DNA from: a virus
Lineage: Duplodnaviria; Heunggongvirae; Uroviricota; Caudoviricetes
Direction: 5' to 3' (one strand)
Length of the DNA stretch: 64,000 bases
IMG/VR virus record: IMGVR_UViG_3300015615_000629
Location: 496,711-560,710 of that record
Notes under the pieces: generated by a model
Told to the model about the DNA's origin: nothing
The model's input: the letters and a program-made list of their open reading frames with translations, nothing else
Database searches by the model: none
Part shown: positions 9,078-18,894 of the stretch, piece by piece
Layout: every line of letters begins with the position of its first letter
Numbering within the stretch: the stretch's first letter is position 1
Program-made: the position numbers and the translations under genes

Positions 9078-11324
9078 TTAATATACTCCCATTTGCCATT
9101 GATTTTTACTTGGCCTCGCTCCCAAACTGCTAAATGTAATGCTCGCTCCATTGAACTTAACAAATGCATTGCTGCTATAGTCATAACTCAAATAAGCATT
9201 ACGATCCCCATCCGAAGCCGCCAATAAAGAATTAGAAAGGCTATCAGAGCCACTTACGGTAAAATCCTGTAAACTTCTAAAACTCACAGAACTTGAAGAA
9301 GGTCCGTAATTTTCCCACACATTTGTCGTAGTATTGTAGGCGGAAATTGTTCCAGAATTGTTAAAAAAGAAAACCCCTGTAGACAAAGCAACCAATTCGC
9401 CTTCCAACTTAGTTACATCGATATCCGCAAGTTTCTTTATTGTCTGGACTGGACTGGATAGTGTTCCTTCTGTTTTGTAAAAACTTTTTATCCTGTAAAA
9501 AGTGCCCACGGAGTCATTTCTAACGAAATATCCAGCATTATCCTTCCAAGCCGATCTATAAACAGCAAAATAACCATTGGTAGGAACACCGGCATCATAA
9601 GTAGAAATATGCTGCATTAATTCCTCTGCCCCGTTTGTATAATTTGCAATAGTCAAACTATCATTGCCAGAAGAAAATGAATCCAAAGTATAAGTGGTTT
9701 TTAGTTGATAAGAAGCATTACTATTGGGAAGAATCGTTGGATCTTGGCCAAACAAGAAATATGCCTTACTAGGCGAAACCAAAGGAAGCCAATTCCAAGG
9801 TCTGTTCGTTATCGACGAAACAGAAGAATAAGTATCCGTAAAGCCGTTGTATTTCTTCAACTCTATGCTTTGATTTATTAATGATGGCCCGCCCGATGCC
9901 CATCCTAGCAAACACTGCCCGTGATCTCCCGAACCTGTGGTTCCTATTGGAGCAAAAACAGTATTTCTTTTGAATTCATGTTTGGCTTGAACTTCATTGT
10001 TGGTACTGTTTAAGAACGCTATATCTGTTATTACGTCAAAAGTAGACGAAGCAGTCTTAAAAGTTTCACTAATTAATCCAAATTCATTCGCTCTAACTGT
10101 GGTTGCATCATCGTAAGTCCACAACCATAGATTTTGAGTTTCAATAATATCTATTGCATTTTTATATGTGGTTATTCTATAGGCTCCGGATTCCGTATCT
10201 ACTCTCAATTTTAAATCATATAAGCCTCCAATGCTGTATACGGCCTTCGTAGCAGAAGAATTCGAATGTAGCAAATCGTCACTTAAAGACCATGTATAAG
10301 TTTCTACAGGGTCAATAGGCATGCTTGTTGCCATGTTGAGAGGTTCGCCCGCATAACTATATCCAGGCGTCGATAAATTCTCCCCAGATTGAAGTTCTAT
10401 TTCAATAAAATCATTGATCGTAGACCTAATCGTTGGAGGTGTTGTGTAAGGACCACCAACTGGCGAGCCAATTGTTGTTGTTTGATCTGAATTTGGAATA
10501 AAATCAATTACTGCTTCATTTGGGGCATCGATTCTGGCATTGATTAAATTTTCAAAAACAACGGTATCTTCGCCATAAGCGTTACTAACAGTTAGACTTA
10601 CTGTATATTTTCCAGGAGTAGAATACGTTTTCTTAATGCTTCCGCCATCTTTGTCTTGAACAATTACATTGGTTGTTCCTATTGGAACCGCATCTGTGGC
10701 TGAAATTGTGGAAATAACTGAAATATTTGATATGGTATTATCGCCAAAATTCCACAGATAAACTACATCTCCATCTCCCAATCTAAAACTCTTGCTGGTA
10801 AATTCCACCTCTAGAGGCACCAATCCAATAGTTCTATTTACTTCAAACCATGCTCGCGGTCTAAAGACTAGCTTATACAGAAAATTCAATCTACCTTCAA
10901 TAGTTTCTCCAAAAGGAACAACGTCAATGGTTCCCTTAGTTCCTAGAAACGTTTCTATGGCAATAACAGCATCTTTTATAGCATTGTGTTGCTCGGCAAC
11001 CACATTCATTGTTACATTTGTGATAAATTTTGGTTTTATGACATCGGTAAATCCAGGTAAGATTTCTAGTCCTTCAAAGGTAGTATCGGTTTTCGAACTA
11101 TAGAAGAAACTAATTGCTCTTAAGTCAATATTACTACATTGTTCGGTTAAAGTAATAATACCGGTATCTGGGAATCTAGCCATTAGGCTAGAATTTTCTC
11201 CTCCATTGTCGATAGTGATGCTGGTATCGCCTGGATTATAATCCTCAAGGAGCTTAAGCCTTAAGGAATCATGTACTAAGAACAGATTTTCGTCTGTATC
11301 TAAGATTTCTGGATAATTGCTCAT
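9078..11324 (-). CDS. PKD-domain virion protein
   Basis: Shared N-terminal domain; YLWNFGD...YSTPGKYTVSLTVSNAYG PKD motif; second Ig-like unit; beta-rich C-terminus. Confidence 0.7.
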   Translation of the reverse strand: MSNYPEILDTDENLFLVHDSLRLKLLEDYNPGDTSITIDNGGENSSLMARFPDTGIITLTEQCSNIDLRAISFFYSSKTDTTFEGLEILPGFTDVIKPKFITNVTMNVVAEQHNAIKDAVIAIETFLGTKGTIDVVPFGETIEGRLNFLYKLVFRPRAWFEVNRTIGLVPLEVEFTSKSFRLGDGDVVYLWNFGDNTISNISVISTISATDAVPIGTTNVIVQDKDGGSIKKTYSTPGKYTVSLTVSNAYGEDTVVFENLINARIDAPNEAVIDFIPNSDQTTTIGSPVGGPYTTPPTIRSTINDFIEIELQSGENLSTPGYSYAGEPLNMATSMPIDPVETYTWSLSDDLLHSNSSATKAVYSIGGLYDLKLRVDTESGAYRITTYKNAIDIIETQNLWLWTYDDATTVRANEFGLISETFKTASSTFDVITDIAFLNSTNNEVQAKHEFKRNTVFAPIGTTGSGDHGQCLLGWASGGPSLINQSIELKKYNGFTDTYSSVSSITNRPWNWLPLVSPSKAYFLFGQDPTILPNSNASYQLKTTYTLDSFSSGNDSLTIANYTNGAEELMQHISTYDAGVPTNGYFAVYRSAWKDNAGYFVRNDSVGTFYRIKSFYKTEGTLSSPVQTIKKLADIDVTKLEGELVALSTGVFFFNNSGTISAYNTTTNVWENYGPSSSSVSFRSLQDFTVSGSDSLSNSLLAASDGDRNAYLSYDYSSNAFVKFNGASITFSSLGARPSKNQWQMGVY

Positions 11325-12352
11325 AGTATTACAATTTTATTTGTTAAAAATGCCCTTCGTGTGGTTTGATCGGAAAACACCAACAACACACTAGGATTAT
11401 ATTCCCCTGGTCTTTCATATATGTGTTCTGCTACATGAACGTCTGGATCATCTGCTACAAATGTTTCTCCATCATCAAACACCCAATATCTCTGAATAAT
11501 ATCACCATCAGTTTGATCTACAAAAACCATAGTAGCAGGAGTTGTACTTAAGTCTGTTGCTGTTTCTATAGAGTAACTAGGTAAATCAAGGTCTTTTCTG
11601 GTTACGTAAAAGAATGTTGATATATTCTGATTAGAAATACTTACATAATTACTTTTTATACATCTTGATTGGGCTCCTGTAGAAGTAATAACATCCAGCC
11701 TTACTGTATAAATTCCTTCTGCAAGGTATGTATGATTTGGGCTTCTTTCCAGGGAAGTAGACCCATCTCCGAAGTCCCAAAGGAAACGGATAGCATCGCA
11801 ATCGGACATATTTTGAAATCTTACACTAAGCGGGGGTTTGCCTTTTGTGGGAAATCCCCTAAAAAGTGCTTTTGGATTTAAAAATCTAGTTTCTAACGCT
11901 TTTAATCTTCCGTTTACCGAATCTTCAGATGGATTTTCTTCCGTTCCGATTGTTTCTTCTATCTTTAAGACTGCATCTTTTATTGCGTTATGGTGCTCGG
12001 CCATAACTCCACCGGTAACATTTGCCCCCGACAACCATTGAGTTTGCCTAGAACCAGCAAAACCCCTAATTAAATCGGAAAAAATAGTTCCAGTTTTAGA
12101 ACCATAATAAACTAATTCTGAATTCCCAGGTTGTCCTGCTGGTGGCCCAACTCTTACAATTCCATTATCTGGAAAGGTTTCTGTGCTATCGACTATTAAC
12201 TTTTTACCATTTATGGTTAAAGTCTGTCTCAAGAAGGTTTCTGAGTTGTTTTTTACAAAATATAGATTTTTTCGATCATCTAGGGTTTCTGGGAAGAACG
12301 AGAGATCGCCCGATTGATAGCCTGCATCAAGGCTTGATATTTGATTCGCCAT
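11321..12352 (-). CDS. double PKD-domain virion protein
   Basis: Shared N-terminal domain; FLWDFGDGSTSLERSPNHTYLAEGIYTVRL and YWVFDDG...HIYERPGEY. Confidence 0.75.
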   Translation of the reverse strand: MANQISSLDAGYQSGDLSFFPETLDDRKNLYFVKNNSETFLRQTLTINGKKLIVDSTETFPDNGIVRVGPPAGQPGNSELVYYGSKTGTIFSDLIRGFAGSRQTQWLSGANVTGGVMAEHHNAIKDAVLKIEETIGTEENPSEDSVNGRLKALETRFLNPKALFRGFPTKGKPPLSVRFQNMSDCDAIRFLWDFGDGSTSLERSPNHTYLAEGIYTVRLDVITSTGAQSRCIKSNYVSISNQNISTFFYVTRKDLDLPSYSIETATDLSTTPATMVFVDQTDGDIIQRYWVFDDGETFVADDPDVHVAEHIYERPGEYNPSVLLVFSDQTTRRAFLTNKIVIL

Positions 12353-12926
12353 TTAACTGTTTTACCTTTTCTGTATTTAGCAGGAGCTTTTGTTTAACTT
12401 GTGTGCTATCGGGCAGGGCTGCTACACATTTTACCAATTCAGAATCAAGTGGCTGATTTAATAACAACTTCAACTTTACTTCCTGAGATAGTTTTGTATC
12501 CCAATAGTCAATTTGTGCTTCTAAATCATCAAAATCCTTTAACGGCTCTTTTTGCTCTAAAGATTTAAAAGATTCAATAAAAAAGCGTGATTCCTCTTCT
12601 TTATCTATTAAACTGTCCTTTAACTCTAACATTGTATTTTCCATAGACTTAACCCTTCTTGAAAGTTTCCTTTTAAGGATTAAATCCTCTGCCGAATCCG
12701 TGAGTTTTTCTAGTTGTAATTTGGCCAATTCCTTGTTATCTTCACATTCTTCAATTTCCATTTTTATGGCTTCAATCGACTTTTTCCTAGTTTTTAACTC
12801 CTGCAAGCACCGCCAAAGCATAGCTTGGATTGTGGGCTCATTTCCAATAACAAAATGTTTTAGCTGGAAATAACTGTGTCTTCCCACAACACGCTTGTTC
12901 AGGATTTTATCGAGATCGGTTGACAT
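12327..12926 (-). CDS. hypothetical coiled-coil protein
   Basis: 199 aa, Glu/Lys/Leu-rich heptads. Confidence 0.6.
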   Translation of the reverse strand: MSTDLDKILNKRVVGRHSYFQLKHFVIGNEPTIQAMLWRCLQELKTRKKSIEAIKMEIEECEDNKELAKLQLEKLTDSAEDLILKRKLSRRVKSMENTMLELKDSLIDKEEESRFFIESFKSLEQKEPLKDFDDLEAQIDYWDTKLSQEVKLKLLLNQPLDSELVKCVAALPDSTQVKQKLLLNTEKVKQLNGESNIKP

Positions 12927-12948
12927 ATGTCGTTTTTCCTATTAGTAT
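12920..12948 (+). promoter_or_regulatory. sigma70-type promoter
   Basis: TTGACA (12920)-17 bp-TAGTAT (12943), upstream of ATG 12971. Confidence 0.6.
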
Positions 12949-12970
12949 ACCTATAAGAGAGAAATTTGAG

Positions 12971-13486
12971 ATGAATTATCTAAAAGGAAAGTCATGCTAT
13001 CTTTCAGGCCCAATTGAACATGATCATGGTGATTTTAATTGGAGAACCGAACCCACCAAGGTTTTAAGAGAACGTTTTGACATAGAGGTTTTTGACCCTT
13101 TTTCAGACCCTAAGCAGCAATGGACTAAGGATTTAGTAGAAGCCAGAGAAACAAACGATTTCGATAGAATGCAGGAAATAGCCGAACTTTTTGTAAGAAA
13201 AGACTTGCAAGTAGTTCAAAGAGCAGATTTCCTATTAGGATACCTTCCAAAAGGAGTCGCTACCTGTGGAACTCATAAGGAAATCGACCTATCGAATTAT
13301 CTAAAGAATCCCACGATTTTAATTTGTCCAGAGGGGAAAAAATTCGTGTATTTTTGGTATTTTGCTTATATCCCGCATCGACACTTTTTCGGTGATTGGG
13401 AAAGTGTTTATTCTTACCTGGATGAAGTCGATAATGGGTTACACAAGGATGATCCTCGCTGGTCTATGGTGTATGGTTTGCTATAA
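12971..13486 (+). CDS. nucleoside 2'-deoxyribosyltransferase-like protein
   Basis: CYLSGPIE, VFDPF, DLQVVQRADFLL, CGTHKEI match the NDT/RCL family layout; start trimmed from TTG 12920 to ATG 12971. Confidence 0.7.
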   Translation: MNYLKGKSCYLSGPIEHDHGDFNWRTEPTKVLRERFDIEVFDPFSDPKQQWTKDLVEARETNDFDRMQEIAELFVRKDLQVVQRADFLLGYLPKGVATCGTHKEIDLSNYLKNPTILICPEGKKFVYFWYFAYIPHRHFFGDWESVYSYLDEVDNGLHKDDPRWSMVYGLL

Positions 13487-13982
13487 GGTTAGATGTATAA
13501 TTAAAAAAGTCCATATCCCCATCTTTAACTGAATTAATCGGCATCCAGTCGTGTCCTGTCCAAATTTGAATTGCATTTGGAGGGATAATGCGATCCGTGT
13601 AAAAATCCCCATCTGGGTTTTTGCGATCCATTTCGGGCTCGGCAAATGGATTTTTTGCAAACTCATTGTTATGCATGCCAAATGCATCATAATTCCAACG
13701 GTTTCCACGATTGTTAAAACGAAACCGAAGAACAACAGAAGCTTTGTCTAGAGATTTGCTCGACCCTGATCGTGGCATATCGTGTAGCCACCATATTGCA
13801 TTAGAAAGATTATTGGTAAAAAATAAGCCCTTTGCACTATGCACTTTTATATTGTTATCATACGTATAATTAGGCTTATAATTTTTAATCAACCCTTTAG
13901 AGCGTATAGAAGGCATCAATCTGTAATACGTTACATGGTATACCCAATTATCAGATGACTCCAACCAAATCCTAAATTCCAT
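13464..13982 (-). CDS. putative ADP-ribosyltransferase-fold protein
   Basis: VYHVT...SIRSKGL and GLFFT, the YHxT...I...GL / (G)xFxT start typical of ART/DarT/KptA-like folds. Confidence 0.5.
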   Translation of the reverse strand: MEFRIWLESSDNWVYHVTYYRLMPSIRSKGLIKNYKPNYTYDNNIKVHSAKGLFFTNNLSNAIWWLHDMPRSGSSKSLDKASVVLRFRFNNRGNRWNYDAFGMHNNEFAKNPFAEPEMDRKNPDGDFYTDRIIPPNAIQIWTGHDWMPINSVKDGDMDFFNYTSNLIANHTP

Positions 13983-14001
13983 AATTTATTTATGAAATGG
14001 T

Positions 14002-14544
14002 TTAAAATATCTTAACGCCTAAAATAGCCTTAAAACGATATCCTTTTGAAATAGCATCTAATGCCCACATTGTTTTAGATATCTCCAAAGGATTATCAGA
14101 AAACTCACCAACTTCTTTAATTGTCGATTGGTGAATCAGTAAACCGTTCAAAGAACCATCAATAAAATTAGTGTGGGAAGTGGTTGGTTTCCCTAAAGCG
14201 TCATATTTGACAATAATTGGGAAAAGAATGTCTTTTTCGTCTTTTGCAAAACCAAATAATTTATTAACCGCACCGTTTCTTACCCAACTACCTTCAAAAA
14301 TAAATAAATTCCATTTTTTATTCCCCTTTTTTAGTCCGGTATTAATTAAAGACGTTATCGTATGCTTTGATTTATGAACTGGACAGACTTCTTTTATTTC
14401 TGCCAAATCGGCAGTTGATGCATCTTTTGGAACAACACAAATAAAAGGAACATCGGGAAAGTTGTTTTTAAGAGACTTTGCCGTTGATTGTATTCTTCCA
14501 ATATTGAATTCTGGGGCAATAATTACAAAACTAAAATCTAACAT
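14002..14544 (-). CDS. GT2-like (GT-A) glycosyltransferase, degenerate
   Basis: FSFVIIAP..N, SLINTGLKKG, LFIFEG, GLLIHQSTIKEVGEF follow the GT2 layout; DxD motif not intact. Confidence 0.55.
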   Translation of the reverse strand: MLDFSFVIIAPEFNIGRIQSTAKSLKNNFPDVPFICVVPKDASTADLAEIKEVCPVHKSKHTITSLINTGLKKGNKKWNLFIFEGSWVRNGAVNKLFGFAKDEKDILFPIIVKYDALGKPTTSHTNFIDGSLNGLLIHQSTIKEVGEFSDNPLEISKTMWALDAISKGYRFKAILGVKIF

Positions 14545-15338
14545 TATTCAAAACTTGTATCAAAATCTATAGTGATTACATCGCTGGATACCAGGGCTCT
14601 ATTGAGTTCAAACGTTCCAGAACTGAAATCGGGCGTGAAATTCGTTGATGTCCATGAACCACTTGGTCCCGTATACGGAGGAACATAAACTGTACTTGGG
14701 GCGGGTGGAATGTAAATTCCATTTATACAAACCCTCAAAGAACCTTCCATAAAAGGTGTGGACATTGAAGTGACTTTATAGTTCGTATAATCAGGAGTTA
14801 CAATATTTGCGTGAACCGGAGTTAAGTTGTAAAAATGGTTATGTGCTGCTGAAAGTGGGAAAGTCGTTACCGCTTGAACTTTATTTGGTCCCTCTATTGA
14901 CCAACTAACCGTATCTGAATCTTCAAAAACTATAGTTGTATCATCAAAAGTAACAGTTGAGGACGGAGAATCGAATGATATCTTTACACTAGTTGCTTCA
15001 TCGGCAATTAGGGTAAGTTTATCCCTTTCAGCCTTAGTCATTACCACATATTCGGTGCCATTATAAAGACCCTCTGTATGGGCACCGATACTGTGTAGAG
15101 CCTCGTCTACAGCCGTATCTTTAAGATTGCCATCTTCATCAATAGATTGGTTAATCCTGTTGGAGATGGTTCCTTGGGTTCCGGCACCATCTCTTAACAA
15201 ATCTGAACTTAAATCTACCGCATCATTTAGGATTTCAAGTTTTTTCAATAAACTCTTAATTGGTTTATTGTCAAAATCGACATGGTAGGGATCCATCCCG
15301 TTGTAAAGTTCGTCTTCTACTAGATATAATCTAGGCAT
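14544..15338 (-). CDS. virion structural protein (tail/baseplate associated)
   Basis: In the baseplate operon; GSLRVCINGIYI and F.L...L.S.D.I.ID beta-domain. Confidence 0.55.
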   Translation of the reverse strand: MPRLYLVEDELYNGMDPYHVDFDNKPIKSLLKKLEILNDAVDLSSDLLRDGAGTQGTISNRINQSIDEDGNLKDTAVDEALHSIGAHTEGLYNGTEYVVMTKAERDKLTLIADEATSVKISFDSPSSTVTFDDTTIVFEDSDTVSWSIEGPNKVQAVTTFPLSAAHNHFYNLTPVHANIVTPDYTNYKVTSMSTPFMEGSLRVCINGIYIPPAPSTVYVPPYTGPSGSWTSTNFTPDFSSGTFELNRALVSSDVITIDFDTSFE

Positions 15339-15347
15339 GCGGCTCCT

Positions 15348-15818
15348 TTAGATAAAATTAAGTCTCCAAGTCCAAGTCCATTGCATGGATGCTGTCTTGT
15401 TCAAATCTGGAAACGTGACCATACTATATAAATCACCATTATTTAACCTTAATGCCATTTCATTATAAGTATATCCATTTCCTTCCGATGCAGGTATTAC
15501 CGAGGTAAAAACAACTTGAGAAGTGACATTTGGGTCAATATTGGCAAAAACTGGCTTGCTAATTCTTGTTGTGCCAAAAAGACCATTTCTGTTAGCGTTA
15601 ACCAACTTAGGAACGCCACCAGTTGTTCCGCCATCGCCAAAAATCATCCTAGAAATATAAAAATTGAAACTATCTCCAATGGAATTAGCCAAACAAGAAG
15701 TTAAGGCTTCTCTACCAACCGCTAGAATAGTATTCTTAAAGCTGGTGTTTACTATAGTTCCGTCGTCATATTCTATGGAAAGGCTTACTTGGCCTTTGGT
15801 TTGTATGGTTTCATTCAT
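15348..15818 (-). CDS. tail-collar/baseplate wedge-associated protein
   Basis: MIFGDGG ... VVFTSVIP..GNG..NEMAL pattern of tail-collar fibre-type domains; position after the wedge genes. Confidence 0.55.
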   Translation of the reverse strand: MNETIQTKGQVSLSIEYDDGTIVNTSFKNTILAVGREALTSCLANSIGDSFNFYISRMIFGDGGTTGGVPKLVNANRNGLFGTTRISKPVFANIDPNVTSQVVFTSVIPASEGNGYTYNEMALRLNNGDLYSMVTFPDLNKTASMQWTWTWRLNFI

Positions 15819-18800
15819 TTTCGTCTTGCCAATCTATTTGTAAACTAATTGATTCCTGCTGAGATATAATATCTATTAAAGTATCATTTTTTGAGTTATT
15901 TAAGAACATAGGCATAAAGGACATTGTTGGAACCTGTTCTGTCTCGATTTCAATAATCGAGGTGCCTCTTCTATCATAAATATCAAAGAAATGACCAGGA
16001 GTTGCCGGATATTCTCTTTCCTGCACCGAAAAACTAGTTTTTACATAATGTAAAATATCAAAATTTACCGATGTGCCTCCCGCACCAAGAGTTGTCCATA
16101 CCTGTGGCGGCCCATTTAGTGTAATTGTTGTGCCATCAATATCCGATATTGAATAATAATCGCTTCCTATCTTAATTAAGTAATTTTCCTTAAAATTACT
16201 ACCTTCTACGATATTATCTTCAGATGGAGCATTTTGTCCATTCAAAATAGGCAAAGTAGCCTCGAAATCGGTAGAAGTGTTTAAATTAATACCCGAATAA
16301 TCTAAATATCCAATCTTGTTATCAAGTAGTCTTCTATAAACATGTGTAATTTGACCAGCAACATCGCCAGATGTATACGCATCAATATAGAAAATATGCG
16401 TGCCACCAAAACCAGAAATCTTATATTGATCCCCCGAATACAGGACATAATCTCCAATTTCTACAAAATTTCTCATGTCGGCTCGGCTACCATCCGAACT
16501 CACATCCACCCTGCCACGCCTGCTAAATCTTAAAACTCCTGTCATGCTTGTTGCTATCAAGTTCAAATCATCATCATATAATTGATATTTTAAACCCGTA
16601 ACATTAGCCACCGGAATGTTTTGTGATGGATTATCTAGAATGAATGAATCATCTGATAACACTGTATTTATGTCAAAAAATCCACTAGGATAGCCACCTG
16701 TAATAAACTTAATCGACCAAGTATCCTGAACCCCGATCTCTACGAAATCTAGTTCAGTATCAGATAATTTAAAAACATCATCTTGGTAAATGGCTGTGTT
16801 GCTATTTGAATAGATGTCATTAGACAACCTATAAGTAAATGAACTCGTCGGTGAAATAGGCTCAGAAATCCCACTTACCGATATCTGCGTTTTATGTGGA
16901 TCGGAGACACTATAATCTCCACTCCAAGAACTTGGTGCCAATATCTCTAAAACATTGCTGCCAAAGATAATTGGCAATGAATCAAACATTACTCCGTCAC
17001 TATACAAAATTACACTATCGTTATAAGCAGTTCCGGTTTGAGAAGATACAACAACTTCCATTTCGGCCAAAGCTTCTCTGACAATTTTTTTAGCATCTAA
17101 TCCTTCATCCATGTGACGGTTGAAGATCATTTGTCCTTCGCCTGCCAAAACGAACTCTTCTTGAGTATACTGTTGTAATAGTTGTATTTCTTCTTGTGGG
17201 CTTTCACAATATTCATTAACTACGCCATTGATGTTCATCGAATGGATTTGAGCATGAAATGGGATATAATCTGCAATTATTTCTTGTGCCTCGGTAATTC
17301 TATCGTTTGAAAGTTCTTCTATGTCTAAATCGATTGAAAAAGAACTACTTTGACATTGAGAACATTCGTCAACGAATTCTCTGTTTATATCACATGGATT
17401 TTCAGAATCACGCTTGCTGCCATTGTATTCATCCATGTTATAAACATTTTCTGAATAGGGGAACTCTGTTCTTACTTTCCCATAGATTACCGGATCGTAA
17501 AACGGATGTCTTGTAGGAATAACTATATCGAATAAAGGATCGTCTTCTTCTATTACACGGACATTCCAATTCTTTACAGGATAAATTTGATCTTTTTCAT
17601 CTCTTTGATCCCACAATGGTAGAGTTCTAATATAATCTTCTAATGCTTGATTGTCTGAAGCGTCATTTATCTCATAAAGAACCCTAATTTCATCCCCTTC
17701 GCCGAGTATGATTGGAGATAGTGATAATTGTTCTCCGATCCAGGAAATAGTATTTCCCGAGACAATCACATAATCGCTGTTTAATTGAATCCATTCTCCG
17801 TCCACTTCACGATAATATAATTCAAAATTATCTACATTAACAGGAGTAACTATCTGTTTTGACAATTCAAAAGAAGTTTGATCTTCTACAACAAAAACTT
17901 CCTGCCAAGTGTAGGGAGACACTACTTGCCACAAACGAGTTAGTTTTGTTAAGGAAATCCCTGCTTGGGCTAATCCCCTAGAAAGCCCAGATAAAGTCCC
18001 TTTTTTCTTAAACAAAGGAATGGCTTCTTTTATTTGTCTACGCCAAAGGGTTGGGTCGTTGGATCTAAGTTTTAAGTTAAATAGATTTCCCAAAGCAAGT
18101 AAAAAGGACTCGTGAGTAGAATTGGCGTCAATCAAATCGATCATTTGATTTGCCAAATCTTCTAAAACTCTAAATCCATCCCCTACAGCATTAAAGAACT
18201 CAGAAATAACTTCAGGACTTAAATCTGTGCCGCTCCATTTTGTCTTTAAATGTTCGGCAGTATACCTTTCCATTAAGGTAGGATATTTTTCTGGTTTGGT
18301 GAAATGCGTGGGAATACTTGTGGTGACTTGTGTATTTCCAGAAAGAGAAAATTGTTGATGATCGTTTAAATAATCTCCTGCTGGATTTGGCATCCATTTC
18401 CAACAGATGAAGTAATCCCCTTCTCGCATCCCAAGAGGATTCCAGAGAAGCTTAAAATGTCCGTATTGTGGATCCCCATCCTCATCTTCGGAAATGTTTT
18501 CTATTAGAGCATTGTCCAAATCAGTAGCAATCCAAGCCGGATTGTCTGCATTGCCAAACACTTTAACGGCGACCGCTCCGCTATAATTAAAAGATTCTAC
18601 AGAACTAGATGCGTCAATTTTGGATTGAATTCTAGAAACTTTAGCCAAATTATCATCGCTGGGAACTAAACAAGCTTCTTTTTTGGCTAGTCTTAATTCT
18701 TCTTGTAAATCTTCGTTTACTCTTGTCTTGTTGTAATTACCGAAATTTCCACTATTGAAACTCCTTTCGGCATAATAAATGGTTATCTGTTCTACCTTGT

Positions 18801-18894
18801 ACGGATCGGCAGTAAAGCACCCGTCTGAATCGGGTGTTAGAATTTCAAATTCAATTTCATCTGTTGTGGTTGGGTTTTGATCTATTCTTACCAT
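15811..18894 (-). CDS. large baseplate wedge subunit (gp7/gpI-like)
   Basis: FLLALGNLFNL...WRRQIKEAIPLFKKKGTLSGL and IADYIPFHAQI; directly follows the gp6-like gene. Confidence 0.7.
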   Translation of the reverse strand: MVRIDQNPTTTDEIEFEILTPDSDGCFTADPYKVEQITIYYAERSFNSGNFGNYNKTRVNEDLQEELRLAKKEACLVPSDDNLAKVSRIQSKIDASSSVESFNYSGAVAVKVFGNADNPAWIATDLDNALIENISEDEDGDPQYGHFKLLWNPLGMREGDYFICWKWMPNPAGDYLNDHQQFSLSGNTQVTTSIPTHFTKPEKYPTLMERYTAEHLKTKWSGTDLSPEVISEFFNAVGDGFRVLEDLANQMIDLIDANSTHESFLLALGNLFNLKLRSNDPTLWRRQIKEAIPLFKKKGTLSGLSRGLAQAGISLTKLTRLWQVVSPYTWQEVFVVEDQTSFELSKQIVTPVNVDNFELYYREVDGEWIQLNSDYVIVSGNTISWIGEQLSLSPIILGEGDEIRVLYEINDASDNQALEDYIRTLPLWDQRDEKDQIYPVKNWNVRVIEEDDPLFDIVIPTRHPFYDPVIYGKVRTEFPYSENVYNMDEYNGSKRDSENPCDINREFVDECSQCQSSSFSIDLDIEELSNDRITEAQEIIADYIPFHAQIHSMNINGVVNEYCESPQEEIQLLQQYTQEEFVLAGEGQMIFNRHMDEGLDAKKIVREALAEMEVVVSSQTGTAYNDSVILYSDGVMFDSLPIIFGSNVLEILAPSSWSGDYSVSDPHKTQISVSGISEPISPTSSFTYRLSNDIYSNSNTAIYQDDVFKLSDTELDFVEIGVQDTWSIKFITGGYPSGFFDINTVLSDDSFILDNPSQNIPVANVTGLKYQLYDDDLNLIATSMTGVLRFSRRGRVDVSSDGSRADMRNFVEIGDYVLYSGDQYKISGFGGTHIFYIDAYTSGDVAGQITHVYRRLLDNKIGYLDYSGINLNTSTDFEATLPILNGQNAPSEDNIVEGSNFKENYLIKIGSDYYSISDIDGTTITLNGPPQVWTTLGAGGTSVNFDILHYVKTSFSVQEREYPATPGHFFDIYDRRGTSIIEIETEQVPTMSFMPMFLNNSKNDTLIDIISQQESISLQIDWQDENE

